From Chitinophagales bacterium (GTDB lineage: Bacteria; Bacteroidota; Bacteroidia; Chitinophagales; Chitinophagaceae): DNA of 64,000 bases. Position numbers and translations under genes: made by a program. Shown here one piece after another: positions 1-10,015 of the stretch (position 1 is the stretch's first letter; each line of letters begins with the position of its first letter). The stretch is from assembly GCA_038247635.1 (NCBI GenBank), contig JBBRUR010000005.1, positions 6,723-70,722 of the forward strand, given 5' to 3'. The notes below the pieces were generated by a model. That model ran no database searches. It worked only from the letters and a program-made list of their open reading frames with translations, and had not been told where the DNA came from.

Positions 1-224
1 GGGTGAAAGGTCAGTTTTGAAGTCCATTTGGTTAGTCCGTGAAAAGGCATATCGATGGCCACAATGGTGTACAGGTGCCCCAGCGATGATTGTAAAAAGC
101 TAAACGAACTACCCTCGCGGCCATACCCGTGAAAACAGAAAAGCACCTTCTCGCCCGATCCATAGGTGTAGTAATGAAAGGTGGCATTTCCAAGAGTGAT
201 ATAATTACTTTCTGATGTATCCAT
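1..224 (-). CDS. alpha/beta-fold hydrolase, N-terminal fragment (continues past the left edge)
   Basis: Hand translation of the minus strand from ATG at 224..222 gives MDTSESNYITLGNATFHYYTYGSGEKVLFCFHGYGREGSSFSFLQSSLGHLYTIVAIDMPFHG... This shows the beta-strand plus HG (oxyanion hole) pattern of alpha/beta hydrolases. It is absent from the ORF track because no stop lies in the window. Confidence 0.55.
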   Translation of the reverse strand, partial: MDTSESNYITLGNATFHYYTYGSGEKVLFCFHGYGREGSSFSFLQSSLGHLYTIVAIDMPFHGLTKWTSKLTFH

Positions 225-421
225 ATTTGGTAAGGACGGGCTGCGCTTTTTACTTGTTGAATTGTATAACGCGCTGCAAAGCTAATTGTAATGCCAATAG
301 GCCCGAATGAGAAAAATTGATTTCACAAATGGTTGAAACACCTGCTCAAAAAAATTTAACCCTGCGGAGGTTGACATTTATAAAAATCTCCCTATCTTTA
401 ATTAGTTGCTTAACTAACTAT

Positions 422-862
422 ATGTCAAACAACCAATTTAAGAGGGGAGAATTATACAGCTTTATAACGGGGATGGCAAGTACAGCATTAGCACGGAGAT
501 TACAGAAGAACTTTAAACAGGCAGGCATAGATGTAACCATAGAACAATGGAGTGTTATGTACCACTTATGGAAAGAAGACGGGTTGAGCCAGCAGGAGCT
601 CTGCAACCGAAGTTTTAGAGACAAACCCAGTATAACACGGCTGGTAGATAACCTTGAAAAACAACAAATGGTAAAGCGGGTGCCCAGTAAAAACGACCGG
701 CGCATTAATCTTATTTATCTTACCGATACTGCCCGGCAACTACAGGATACTACCATGGACATGGCCAACCAAACGCTAAACGAAGCCCTGGCCGGTGTTA
801 GTACCGACGACGTGGAAATGTGTAAGCAGGTGCTGGCTAAAGTGTATGAAAACCTTAAATAA
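422..862 (+). CDS. MarR-family transcriptional regulator
   Basis: ORF 317..862 trimmed to ATG 422 (MSNNQFKRGELY...). Winged-helix MarR pattern: EQWSVMYHLWKEDGLSQQELCNRSFRDKPSITRLVDNLEKQQMVKRVPSKNDRRINLIYLT. It lies directly upstream of the acyl-CoA dehydrogenase. Confidence 0.8.
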   Translation: MSNNQFKRGELYSFITGMASTALARRLQKNFKQAGIDVTIEQWSVMYHLWKEDGLSQQELCNRSFRDKPSITRLVDNLEKQQMVKRVPSKNDRRINLIYLTDTARQLQDTTMDMANQTLNEALAGVSTDDVEMCKQVLAKVYENLK

Positions 863-905
863 ACTATTAATCAAACATAATTTTTTACAACTAAAACGCA
901 ATCAT

Positions 906-2699
906 ATGAACCCAACCACACAAACAACCACTACCCACAAAGGCGGAGAGTGGCTTATTAAAGAAAGCTCGCCTTTTGAAACGTTTATACCCGAAGACTA
1001 TAACGAAGAACAGCAGATGGTGAAGGACATGTGCGCTTCGTTTTTAGACACCGAGGTAATGCCAGTGATAGACCGTGTAGATAAACTGGAGCCGGGCCTT
1101 ATGCCGCTGCTAATGACAAAAGCAGGCGAGCAGGGTTTGCTGGGCGTAAGCATGCCCGAAGACCTTGGTGGACTGGGTAAAGACTTTATAACTTCTACCC
1201 TGGTGAACGAGGGGCTGGGTGGCGGATTTTCGTTTTCGGTGGCTGTGTCGGCACATACCGGTATTGGCACGTTGCCCATTTTATACTTCGGAACCGAAGA
1301 ACAAAAAACAAAGTACGTACCTAAACTGGCCAGCGGCGAGTGGAAGGGCGCCTACGGCCTTACCGAACCTAACAGCGGCAGCGACGCGTTGGGCGCAAAA
1401 ACAAGCGCTACACTTAGCGACGATGGCAAACACTACCTGCTAAACGGCCAAAAGTGCTGGATAACCAACGGTGGTTTTGCTGATGTGTTTACCGTATTTG
1501 CCAAAATTGATGGCGATAAGTTTACCGGCTTTATAATTGAAAGGGGATTTGAAGGTTTTACACAAGGGCCCGAAGAACATAAGATGGGCATTAAAGGGTC
1601 GTCTACCGTGCAGTTATACTTTCAGGATTGTAAGGTACCGGTGGAGAACCTGTTAGGCGATATTGGCAAGGGCCACATTATTGCCTTCAACATTTTAAAT
1701 ATTGGCCGCCTAAAGTTATGCGCTGCTGCCCTCGGTGGTTCAAAAAGGGCGCTCAATACATCCATTGAATATGCCATTAACCGCGAACAGTTTAAGCGGT
1801 CCATAAGCACGTTTGGCGCCATACAATACAAGCTGGCCGAAATGGCCATTAGGGTGTGGGTGTGCGAAAGCGCTACCTACCGCGCCGCCAAATGGATTGA
1901 CCAAATGGAGGAAGAACTGCAAGCCAGCGGCAAACCTTTTAACGAAGCCCTGCTGGGTGCCGCCGAGGAGTTTGCCATTGAGTGTGCCATGCTAAAAGTA
2001 TATGGCAGCGAGGTGTTGGATTACGTTGTAGACGAAGGCGTGCAGATACATGGTGGCAATGGGTATAGCGATGAGTATGTGATATCCAAAGCATACCGCG
2101 ACAGCCGTATTAACCGCATATACGAGGGCACTAACGAAATTAATCGTTTGCTGACGGTAGACATGGTGTTAAAACGGGCCATGAAAGGCCGCCTGAACAT
2201 TATGGGTGCTGCCATGAGCGTACAAAAAGAGCTAATGAGCATTCCTGATTTTGGTGCCAGCGATGATGGTGCTTTTGCCAGGGAACTGAAACTGATTGCC
2301 AACTTTAAAAAGTCGATTTTAATGGTAGCCGGTGCCGCTGTACAAAAGCTGATGACCAAACTGGAAAGCGAGCAGGAAATTATTATGAACATAGCCGATA
2401 TGGCCATTGATACTTATAATGCCGAAAGTGCCCTGCTGCGGGTTATGAAACTAACCGAAAGAAAGGGAAAGGATGCCGTACAGTTTGAAACAGACGTTAT
2501 GAGTACCTTTATGACCGATGCCGCCGACCGCATAAACAAGGCTGGTAAAGATGCCATTAACAGCTTTGCCGAAGGCGATGAGCAGCGCATGATGCTACTG
2601 GGCCTAAAGCGCTTTACCAAAGCCGAACCATTTAATGTAAAAGATGCCCGCCGCCGCATAGCCGCCAAATTATTGGCCGATGGTAAATATGCGTTGTAG
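906..2699 (+). CDS. acyl-CoA dehydrogenase, long (about 600 aa) form
   Basis: ORF 795..2699 trimmed to ATG 906 (MNPTTQ...). ACAD signatures are GLTEPNSGSDA and QIHGGNGYSDEY..RDSRINRIYEGTNEINRL, plus an extra C-terminal helical extension. Confidence 0.9.
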   Translation: MNPTTQTTTTHKGGEWLIKESSPFETFIPEDYNEEQQMVKDMCASFLDTEVMPVIDRVDKLEPGLMPLLMTKAGEQGLLGVSMPEDLGGLGKDFITSTLVNEGLGGGFSFSVAVSAHTGIGTLPILYFGTEEQKTKYVPKLASGEWKGAYGLTEPNSGSDALGAKTSATLSDDGKHYLLNGQKCWITNGGFADVFTVFAKIDGDKFTGFIIERGFEGFTQGPEEHKMGIKGSSTVQLYFQDCKVPVENLLGDIGKGHIIAFNILNIGRLKLCAAALGGSKRALNTSIEYAINREQFKRSISTFGAIQYKLAEMAIRVWVCESATYRAAKWIDQMEEELQASGKPFNEALLGAAEEFAIECAMLKVYGSEVLDYVVDEGVQIHGGNGYSDEYVISKAYRDSRINRIYEGTNEINRLLTVDMVLKRAMKGRLNIMGAAMSVQKELMSIPDFGASDDGAFARELKLIANFKKSILMVAGAAVQKLMTKLESEQEIIMNIADMAIDTYNAESALLRVMKLTERKGKDAVQFETDVMSTFMTDAADRINKAGKDAINSFAEGDEQRMMLLGLKRFTKAEPFNVKDARRRIAAKLLADGKYAL

Positions 2700-2726
2700 A
2701 AGAATACGTTTTTAAAAATTGAAAGA

Positions 2727-2753
2727 GGCTGCCCGGTTGGGTGGCCTTTTTTT
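2727..2753 (+). terminator. intrinsic terminator after the acyl-CoA dehydrogenase
   Basis: Stem GGCTGCCC / GGGTGGCC (8 bp including two G:U), loop GGTT, followed by TTTTTTT. It starts 28 nt after the stop codon. Confidence 0.7.
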
Positions 2754-2800
2754 ATTGGGTTTTTTTGGGGGGCGAGCTTTTGTGGTGCTATTAAACTTTT

Positions 2801-2835
2801 GTTGCAGCTTGTCTCTACGACCGTAGAGATTGCAC
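2801..2835 (+). repeat. hairpin element, copy A (35-nt core GTTGCAGCTTGTCTCTACGACCGTAGAGATTGCAC)
   Basis: 29/35 identical to 9506..9540. Contains the 8-bp inverted repeat TCTCTACG/CGTAGAGA. See findings. Confidence 0.6.
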
Positions 2836-3299
2836 AATTGTACAGAAGTGTGTTTTGGCGATTTTTTAATTTTAAATTTTGAATGCTAAATTTTGAATAT
2901 TGAGAACCGAAAAGGAAAAACCGTTATTACTTCATTACTTTCCCTAACAAAAAGTTATCACAAACAATTAAGAACTGATCGAACATCTACCGAACACAGT
3001 TGTGAGTTTTATATACATTTAAATGTGCTTAGTTTCAAACAAGCGACGATTTCGGAAATATCGAAATAATAAAAAAAATATTAAAAGTCAATTAATTTCC
3101 TGCCGGGTTCGCCTTCAAAACCTTCAAGCGCCAGCCAAGGGAACCCGGCATGAGCCACGCAATCACCAACCCTAAAACGAAATTTCAGAATGATTGTGCG
3201 CTTCAATCAATTTTCAATACCCAATTTTAAAACCTACCATTAACCGTTAATGAACGTACACTTAAAAGCTGGCCAGGTTTAATAAAGTATATTTAAAGC

Positions 3300-4043
3300 A
3301 TGAAACTGAGCCGAATTTTCCACTTTATTATATTGGTTGTTCTTGTAGCAGGATGCAAAAAACCAAAACCGGTAACTTTTTCCGGCCAGTTATTGTTAAC
3401 CAAAAAACACCCAATAGCATTATCTAATACTTCTATAGAAATTTATCAGGCGGGCTCACCCTCAGCTATAGGTATCGCTTCGGGTTCTTCCTCATCAAAG
3501 GCTACCACTTCAACCGATGCCAACGGATTTTTTAGAGTCAATTTTACGCCCGGCACCTCTACCTTTATTCTTTTTTCAGGGGCAAGTACAAAACCGTTAA
3601 CGCTTAGCAGCGCATTAGGCGACACTTCCCGTTACCGGTTTGCCCGGCGCAACTTTCCCGATAGTTTGTACGATAATACAAAACCAATATTTGTAGCCAA
3701 AAACATTGAAACAGCCATTATAAAAGCTTACCTGCTATCTGACCTAACGACTGCCGACACTATTGGTTTGCGGGCAAGTACGCTTAATGGAAATATAGAC
3801 AAACAATACACAGGGCTTACCGGGGCAGCGGGTTCAATTATTGTATTAGACACCATAACCAATTTACTGTTTACCGAGTACGATTGCATACAAAAAATAT
3901 TTGCCAATAATTTATATGTCGGCCGAAAATTTGCCACCGTTCAGGGGTATACTACTATCTCAAGCTATGGAGTAGTTTTGCCTACTCAACTTTCGGCAGA
4001 AGATGAGGTAAGCCGGGAATTGTTATTTTATTTTAAGAAATAG
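3300..4043 (+). CDS. hypothetical lipoprotein
   Basis: Lipoprotein signal MKLSRIFHFIILVVLVAGC|KK. The N-terminal part (GQLLLT..NTSIEIYQ..TDANGFFRVNF) resembles a carboxypeptidase-regulatory-like beta-sandwich. No other recognisable motif. Confidence 0.6.
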   Translation: MKLSRIFHFIILVVLVAGCKKPKPVTFSGQLLLTKKHPIALSNTSIEIYQAGSPSAIGIASGSSSSKATTSTDANGFFRVNFTPGTSTFILFSGASTKPLTLSSALGDTSRYRFARRNFPDSLYDNTKPIFVAKNIETAIIKAYLLSDLTTADTIGLRASTLNGNIDKQYTGLTGAAGSIIVLDTITNLLFTEYDCIQKIFANNLYVGRKFATVQGYTTISSYGVVLPTQLSAEDEVSRELLFYFKK

Positions 4044-4164
4044 TGATAAGGTTAAATGTTTAAAATAATTCAAAAACTTGTAAGCAAGCATCCAAACTCA
4101 AATTTAAAAATGGCCACGAAAAGTAGGAAGTAAGTTTGCCTAAACTTCAATAGCAAAAAGCACC

Positions 4165-4201
4165 AACGGCTCCTTCAAACCCATTATTTGAAGGAGCCGT
4201 T
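4165..4201. terminator. hairpin terminator between convergent genes
   Basis: 14-bp perfect inverted repeat AACGGCTCCTTCAA / TTGAAGGAGCCGTT with a 9-nt loop. The A-run on its left gives a U-tract for the minus-strand (4255..6285) transcript. Confidence 0.7.
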
Positions 4202-4254
4202 AATACCAGTTTTCTATCTATTCAACCACTTAGGGTTACTATAAACCCAACTTC

Positions 4255-6285
4255 CTATTTATCAAAATTATAAGCCACCAGTTTTCTATTTCCGTTTTTA
4301 TAAAAAATTATATTATCAATTTCATCAAAAAGATAATCGGGTTTTTTATCGTCTAGTACTACTTTACCATCTACTTTGCCCGTTTGCTTATTTACCCGTA
4401 CCAACCCCACCCCGCTATCGTCGGTAGTTTTAACCTTGGTAAGTATCAACTTATAATTTTTTGCATTGGCGCTTGCACTAAAGCGCTTCTTCATATCGCT
4501 CATGGCTGCACTGGCCACGTTGCCCCATCTGTCGCTCCGCTCCATACCACTTTTATAACTGCTGGTTCCGTACCCTGACGCACCAGCCTGGTACCCCTCG
4601 GATGCACTTGCGGCCATACTTACACCTATTGCGGCAATGTTCATTATTTTACCAAAGGTGCTTATACCTGGTGCCGGGTGGTAGCTGTGATATTTTAATT
4701 TACCGGCATAATCAAACATAGCTGTATTTTGATCGGAGGTAACCACAATACCTTCGGGCATCAATTCAAGGGTTTTAAAATCTTCATCTTTACCAAACTT
4801 TTTACTGGCAAACTCTCTATGGTTTCCGTTGGTAATATTTACCTCGTACACCTTATTATCTGCAATAAAATAGGTGAAATTATCCTTATCCAAACCCAAA
4901 CCACCCGTTGAATATTTTATTGATTTTGGCCATTGTTCTTTACCGGTGTTAAGGTCTAGAATATTACACTCCCCGGTGGTTCGATATAGCAAACCAAGGT
5001 TGTCTATTATTCTCAAGTCCATTATAAAACCATCTACTTTTAAGGCCGATTGTGTTAACGATTTGCCAGAAAGTATATCCACCACACTCACCATATTTCT
5101 GCCGTTTTGTTTGGCCGAACCAACGGCCAGTTTGGTACCGGTAAGTTTTATGCTGCTAATGCGGCCCGACAATTTTAAAGGATCAGCCCATTTCATTTTT
5201 CCGGTAGCATAGTCAAACAAACTCAATTCCGACTTTTTATCGTCGGTGGCTACGAGTATACCATTTTCATCGAACAAAACATTTGATATGGGGTCGGCTA
5301 ACTTTGTTTTTGGCCAGGTAACACTGCCCGAGGCAATATCAATGGCCGTAATGGATTGCGTATTGTAGTAGTAAACAACTTTATCGTTTAGGGTTACAAA
5401 CTTTCCAAAAACGGTTGATGTTGCTGCAGCCACGCTTTCCTTCATTGATAATTTTTTCTTGTCATCATTTGCCTGTGTACTTTCCTTATCGTCGCTGGCA
5501 ATGCTTTGACCAGCCAGCGGTACTTCAACTTTTGTATCAAAATCAATTTTCCATTGCAATGCACCTGTGGCAGCATCTAACTTATACAACCTTCTGTTGG
5601 TGGCAATAATAATTGAATTGTTAGTGTATAAAGGATCGGCCACCATTTGCTCGGTAATTTTTTCAAATATGCTACTTATTGTCCAGGTGGCTTTACCGTC
5701 CATTAAATTTACCAGCATTAATGCCGTGCCTTTGTTATTCTGCCCACTAAACAACAACGCTCCCAAATTTGGTATGGGCAATCTTTTAGTAACATAATTA
5801 AGCCCTAACTCTTTGGTATTACAAATTACTTTTCCCTGGCTAACATCCACAATATTTTGCTTCATATTAAAAGCACTACCTTCTAAAATAGCTATGTATG
5901 GCGAGCCTTTAATACCGGTATAATTGGCTTTACTAACTTTTGCAAATTGATCCAGTTTCCAGTTTTCTTTGCCGGTAACCGGGTTTAAGCTGTGCAGCCC
6001 ATCATCGGTAGATATAATAACGGTTCCCAAATTGGTAAGGTTAAACCAATTGATTTCCCTGTCAAAAGCAATATTCCACGATTCCTTTTTTGCCGGCGAA
6101 TTATCAACAACCTCATCACTAACTACATCTTCTTTGGCTTTGTCATCACCTTTATCAGTAGTTTTTGAAGTATTTTCAACGCGCTCGTTAGTTGTCTTTT
6201 TCTTTTTTAAAAGATTACTTAATTGGGCATGGCTTGTACAGATTGTACCAAGCATAAGTGTTAAAGCAAATAGTTTATGTATCAT
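4255..6285 (-). CDS. secreted PQQ-like/BamB-like beta-propeller repeat protein
   Basis: Signal peptide MIHKLFALTLMLGTICTSHAQ, then a K/D/E-rich linker. Recurring blade-like segments follow (TGKENWKL, TGALQWKIDF, SGSVTWPK, TGKMKWADP, TGKEQWPK). Confidence 0.6.
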   Translation of the reverse strand: MIHKLFALTLMLGTICTSHAQLSNLLKKKKTTNERVENTSKTTDKGDDKAKEDVVSDEVVDNSPAKKESWNIAFDREINWFNLTNLGTVIISTDDGLHSLNPVTGKENWKLDQFAKVSKANYTGIKGSPYIAILEGSAFNMKQNIVDVSQGKVICNTKELGLNYVTKRLPIPNLGALLFSGQNNKGTALMLVNLMDGKATWTISSIFEKITEQMVADPLYTNNSIIIATNRRLYKLDAATGALQWKIDFDTKVEVPLAGQSIASDDKESTQANDDKKKLSMKESVAAATSTVFGKFVTLNDKVVYYYNTQSITAIDIASGSVTWPKTKLADPISNVLFDENGILVATDDKKSELSLFDYATGKMKWADPLKLSGRISSIKLTGTKLAVGSAKQNGRNMVSVVDILSGKSLTQSALKVDGFIMDLRIIDNLGLLYRTTGECNILDLNTGKEQWPKSIKYSTGGLGLDKDNFTYFIADNKVYEVNITNGNHREFASKKFGKDEDFKTLELMPEGIVVTSDQNTAMFDYAGKLKYHSYHPAPGISTFGKIMNIAAIGVSMAASASEGYQAGASGYGTSSYKSGMERSDRWGNVASAAMSDMKKRFSASANAKNYKLILTKVKTTDDSGVGLVRVNKQTGKVDGKVVLDDKKPDYLFDEIDNIIFYKNGNRKLVAYNFDK

Positions 6286-6915
6286 TTGTATGTTATTTAG
6301 TATTGTAAATGTGGAGTTTGTAAAACCTTACACAATACCCTCCATACGGTATATTTTATGGTTTTAAATGTTTGTTTTGATGAGCCAATTTTATTAGCAA
6401 CATGGCAGCAGAAGTATTTAACATTGCGCCAGCCGGTACAAAAAATGATTGGGTAATTTATATCGATGTTATTTGAAGGATGGTCGTATGTTATAGTATT
6501 AATTCTTGTTACAATATATAAAGAATGTCAACTTTTTAAAGGAGCCGCCCCAACAATTGGTCACGGACGTTAACACACTAACAAAATTGCAAAGCATCGT
6601 GGATTAACAATTCCACACGCTTTTTTAATTACCTGTATTGCACACCATTTTTAATTTTAAATAACAATGACTGCCAGTTATTTAAAAGTAATAATGTTTG
6701 TGATGTTTAAGGCCAACTGTAATTTAAAGAATAGTGGAAAAAGGGTACACCAGTGCGCAACGGCAGCTTCATTAAACCACCATTGTTTGGCCTATAAATA
6801 TTGTTTAAATAGCCGATAGCCATTAAATAAAAAATAATATGCAGGTATGGTTTTTTAGATGGTGTCAAAATGATAAAGAATCTTAAACATTCATTTTCAC
6901 TTTAAAAAACCATCT

Positions 6916-9102
6916 ATGGCAAAAAAGAAAAGCAGTTTAGCAATTGCAAGGGACGTAGCAACCGTTAGTGATAAAATAAAAGACCTGGCGATTAATTTAG
7001 AAAGTGCCGGGGGTCAATTTATGACTACTAACCAGGGCGTACGTATAAACGACGATCAAAATAGTTTAAAGGCGGGGGAACGTGGACCGTCGCTGCTGGA
7101 AGATTTTATTTTTAGGGAGAAAATGACACACTTTGATCATGAGCGCATTCCTGAAAGAATAGTACATGCAAGGGGTGTGGCGGCTCACGGTATTTTTAAG
7201 GTGTACGAAGAAATGAGCAAGTACACAACCGCCGGCTTTTTAAACGATCCCTCTATAGAAACGCCTGTGTTTGCGCGGTTTTCAACCGTGGCAGGGTCGC
7301 GGGGTTCAAGCGACCTTGCAAGAGACGTTAGGGGCTTTGCAGTAAAATTTTATACTAAGCAAGGGATTTTTGACCTGGTGGGAAATAATATTCCCGTATT
7401 TTTTATCCAGGATGCTATCAAGTTTCCCGATCTGGTTCATGCGGTAAAACCAGAACCAAATAACGAAATACCACAGGCTGCATCGGCCCACGATACCTTT
7501 TGGGATTTTGTATCGTTGAATACCGAAGCCACGCACATGATTATGTGGACAATGAGCGATCGCGCAATACCCCGCAGTTTAAGAATGATGGAGGGATTTG
7601 GCGTTCATACCTTCAGATTTATTAATGCGAAAGGTGAAGCCAATTTTGTTAAGTTTCACTGGAAGCCGTTGATGGGTATACACGCTGTAACGTGGGATGA
7701 GGCGCAAATTATTTCGGGCAAAGACGCCGACTTTCATAGACGGGACCTGTTTGATGCAATAGAAAACGGCGATTTTCCGGAGTGGGAATTTGGTGTGCAA
7801 ATAATACCCGAAGCCGATGAGCATAAGTTTGATTTTGATCTGCTTGACTCTACCAAACTGATACCCGAAGAACTGGTGCCGGTAATACGTATTGGTAAAA
7901 TGACCCTAAACCGCAACACCGATAATTATTTTGCAGAAACGGAGCAGGTAGCCTTTCACTTAGGCCACCTGGTGCCTGGTATAGATTTTACCAACGATCC
8001 GCTATTGCAGGGCAGGCTATTTTCGTACACTGATACACAACTGTCGCGATTGGGTGGTCCTAACTTTCACGAAATACCCATTAATCGTTCAATAGCGCCG
8101 GTGCATAATAATCAGCGGGATGGCATCCATCGCACCACAATCAATAAAGGCAATACCAGCTACAATCCAAATAGTACCGGCGGCGGATGTCCGTTTCAGG
8201 CAGGCAAAATGGATGGTGGCTTTGTAAGCTATACTGAACGTATTGACGCAAATAAAATAAGACAGCGCAGCCCCAGCTTTATGGACCATTTTAGCCAGGC
8301 CACCCTGTTTTATAACAGCCAAAGCGAGCCCGAAAAAATGCACATGGTTAATGCCTTGCGTTTTGAACTGGGTAAGGTTAATACAATAGCAATTAAGGAA
8401 AGAATGCTAATGGTACTTAACCACGTTGACCAAAATTTAGCCGCGCAGGTAGCATATGGGCTTGGGCTGGAAATTCCATCAACACCCCCGATTATCAACC
8501 ATGGATTTCCTGCTGATGCTGACCCGGCTTCCTATCAACCGGTAAAGAAAAAGCAGTCGATTAAAAAGTCAAAAGCACTGAGCATGGCTAACCCTATAAC
8601 AGATTCCATTCGCACCCGAAAAATTGCAATACTAGTTGCTGACGGCGCAAACGAAAACGATATTACCACCATAAAGGAAGCGTTGACGCGTAAAGGTGCA
8701 ATGGCAGAAGTTATAGCTCCACGCGGGGTTTTTATTACTGCTGGCAACGGTACCATCAAGGCCGATAAAACGCTTATTACCGTGTCTTCAGTTTTATATG
8801 ATGCTGTATTTGTGCCCGGCGGAACCGATAGTGCGGCTACACTGCAAGCCGAGGCCGATGCTATTTATTTTTTAAACCAGGCATATAAACATTGTAAAGC
8901 TATCGCTGCTTCGGCAGAGGGTTTACAGGTATTACAAGCTACTGACTTCTCAAAAAAACTGCCTGAAAACACGGGTAAGACATCTGTAAATGAAGGTGTG
9001 GTGATTGGAAACAACGCGGCTTCCATTTCCGAACAATTTATTGCTTCAATAGCACAGCACCGTTTTTGGGCTAGAGAAAAGCCTGCAAAAATACCCGCTT
9101 AA
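6916..9102 (+). CDS. katE: catalase HPII (large-subunit monofunctional catalase)
   Basis: Catalase motifs [33 protein letters not shown] and RLFSYTDTQ (proximal Tyr region). At 728 aa it has the extra C-terminal DJ-1/flavodoxin-like domain ([13 protein letters not shown]...) typical of HPII. Confidence 0.95.
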   Translation: MAKKKSSLAIARDVATVSDKIKDLAINLESAGGQFMTTNQGVRINDDQNSLKAGERGPSLLEDFIFREKMTHFDHERIPERIVHARGVAAHGIFKVYEEMSKYTTAGFLNDPSIETPVFARFSTVAGSRGSSDLARDVRGFAVKFYTKQGIFDLVGNNIPVFFIQDAIKFPDLVHAVKPEPNNEIPQAASAHDTFWDFVSLNTEATHMIMWTMSDRAIPRSLRMMEGFGVHTFRFINAKGEANFVKFHWKPLMGIHAVTWDEAQIISGKDADFHRRDLFDAIENGDFPEWEFGVQIIPEADEHKFDFDLLDSTKLIPEELVPVIRIGKMTLNRNTDNYFAETEQVAFHLGHLVPGIDFTNDPLLQGRLFSYTDTQLSRLGGPNFHEIPINRSIAPVHNNQRDGIHRTTINKGNTSYNPNSTGGGCPFQAGKMDGGFVSYTERIDANKIRQRSPSFMDHFSQATLFYNSQSEPEKMHMVNALRFELGKVNTIAIKERMLMVLNHVDQNLAAQVAYGLGLEIPSTPPIINHGFPADADPASYQPVKKKQSIKKSKALSMANPITDSIRTRKIAILVADGANENDITTIKEALTRKGAMAEVIAPRGVFITAGNGTIKADKTLITVSSVLYDAVFVPGGTDSAATLQAEADAIYFLNQAYKHCKAIAASAEGLQVLQATDFSKKLPENTGKTSVNEGVVIGNNAASISEQFIASIAQHRFWAREKPAKIPA

Positions 9103-9120
9103 TATTATTACAATAAATAA

Positions 9121-9151
9121 AGTAGCCATGGTAAAACAGGGCTATTTTTTT
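9121..9151 (+). terminator. probable intrinsic terminator after katE
   Basis: AGTAGCC..(12-nt loop)..GGCTATT followed by a T-run. The stem is short, so confidence is moderate. Confidence 0.45.
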
Positions 9152-9505
9152 GTGCTGGATTGGCTTTGACAGCTTTTAATTGTTGAACGAACAAACCCTG
9201 TGTGGAATATACAATCACCAAATAATAGCGAAATTTACAATAGGGGCACAGGTTAACCGGCACAACTCCCTGTACAGCTAATGGTAAGGATAGGGAGGCT
9301 GGCTATGCATTTTAAAAATTATATAAATTGCGGGGCCAAAGGTAACGTAGTGAGCGGGATGGACGGTTTTACACCAATGCCTTATAAGTAAACGAACTGA
9401 AAATTGCCGGGAAATAAAACGGTGTTTGTGATTACAACGGTAATGACTTTCCGCAATCTGATGCTGATATTTTGGAACCGTAGTTTATAGCAGTTTTCAT
9501 CAGTC

Positions 9506-9540
9506 GTTGCAGCCTGCCTCTATGACCATAGAGGTCGCAC
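9506..9540 (+). repeat. hairpin element, copy B (GTTGCAGCCTGCCTCTATGACCATAGAGGTCGCAC)
   Basis: 29/35 identical to 2801..2835. Contains the 8-bp inverted repeat CCTCTATG/CATAGAGG. Two stem pairs differ from copy A by compensatory changes. Confidence 0.6.
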
Positions 9541-9745
9541 TCTTTGTATTGTTGGTAATTTTATTCAGCGTTTTTTATCATGATTTTATATTCAGCATTT
9601 AGTATATTAAATAGCGGATAAGCATTAAAAAATATATATGGCAAACCACAAATGGACGAAACACCATACAACCCTTGAGCACGTTATAGTCTATCGTTTA
9701 TTTCCAGACTACCAAATTTGGGCAACTATACCTCACATTTAATTT

Positions 9746-10015
9746 ATGGGAAGAAATACATCAGTATCCTTAGGGCGGTATTTTGAAAACTTTGTTGACA
9801 AGGTGGTGTACATGGGCAGATTTAAAAATGCAAGTGAAGTTATCAGGGCAGGGCTGCGTTTATTGCACGATAAAGAAAGTAAAATTATTGCCTTGAAAGC
9901 GGCAATTACGACTGGGATTGAAAGCGGAATGGCTATCGATTTTAATGCCACCACTCATTTGGAAAAACTACAATCTGCCAAAAGTAAAAATGGCCACCTA
10001 TATTCTAGCCAATAA
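9746..10015 (+). CDS. parD: type II antitoxin, ParD (COG3609/RHH) family
   Basis: MGRNTSVSLGRYFENFVDKVV..GRFKNASEVIRAGLRLLHDKESKIIALKAAITTGIESG matches the ParD ribbon-helix-helix pattern as I recall it. A parE-like reading frame starts inside its 3' end, the classic overlapping TA layout. Confidence 0.75.
   Translation: MGRNTSVSLGRYFENFVDKVVYMGRFKNASEVIRAGLRLLHDKESKIIALKAAITTGIESGMAIDFNATTHLEKLQSAKSKNGHLYSSQ

Noticed and set aside
795-905. 5' extensions of several track ORFs (795-905, 14006-14095, 36438-36476, 52376-52471, 57049-57126 and others)
   Set aside because: The homologous protein families start at the internal Met in each case. The extensions overlap upstream genes or terminators (the hairpin at 57044-57087 lies inside one) and encode non-protein-like sequence.
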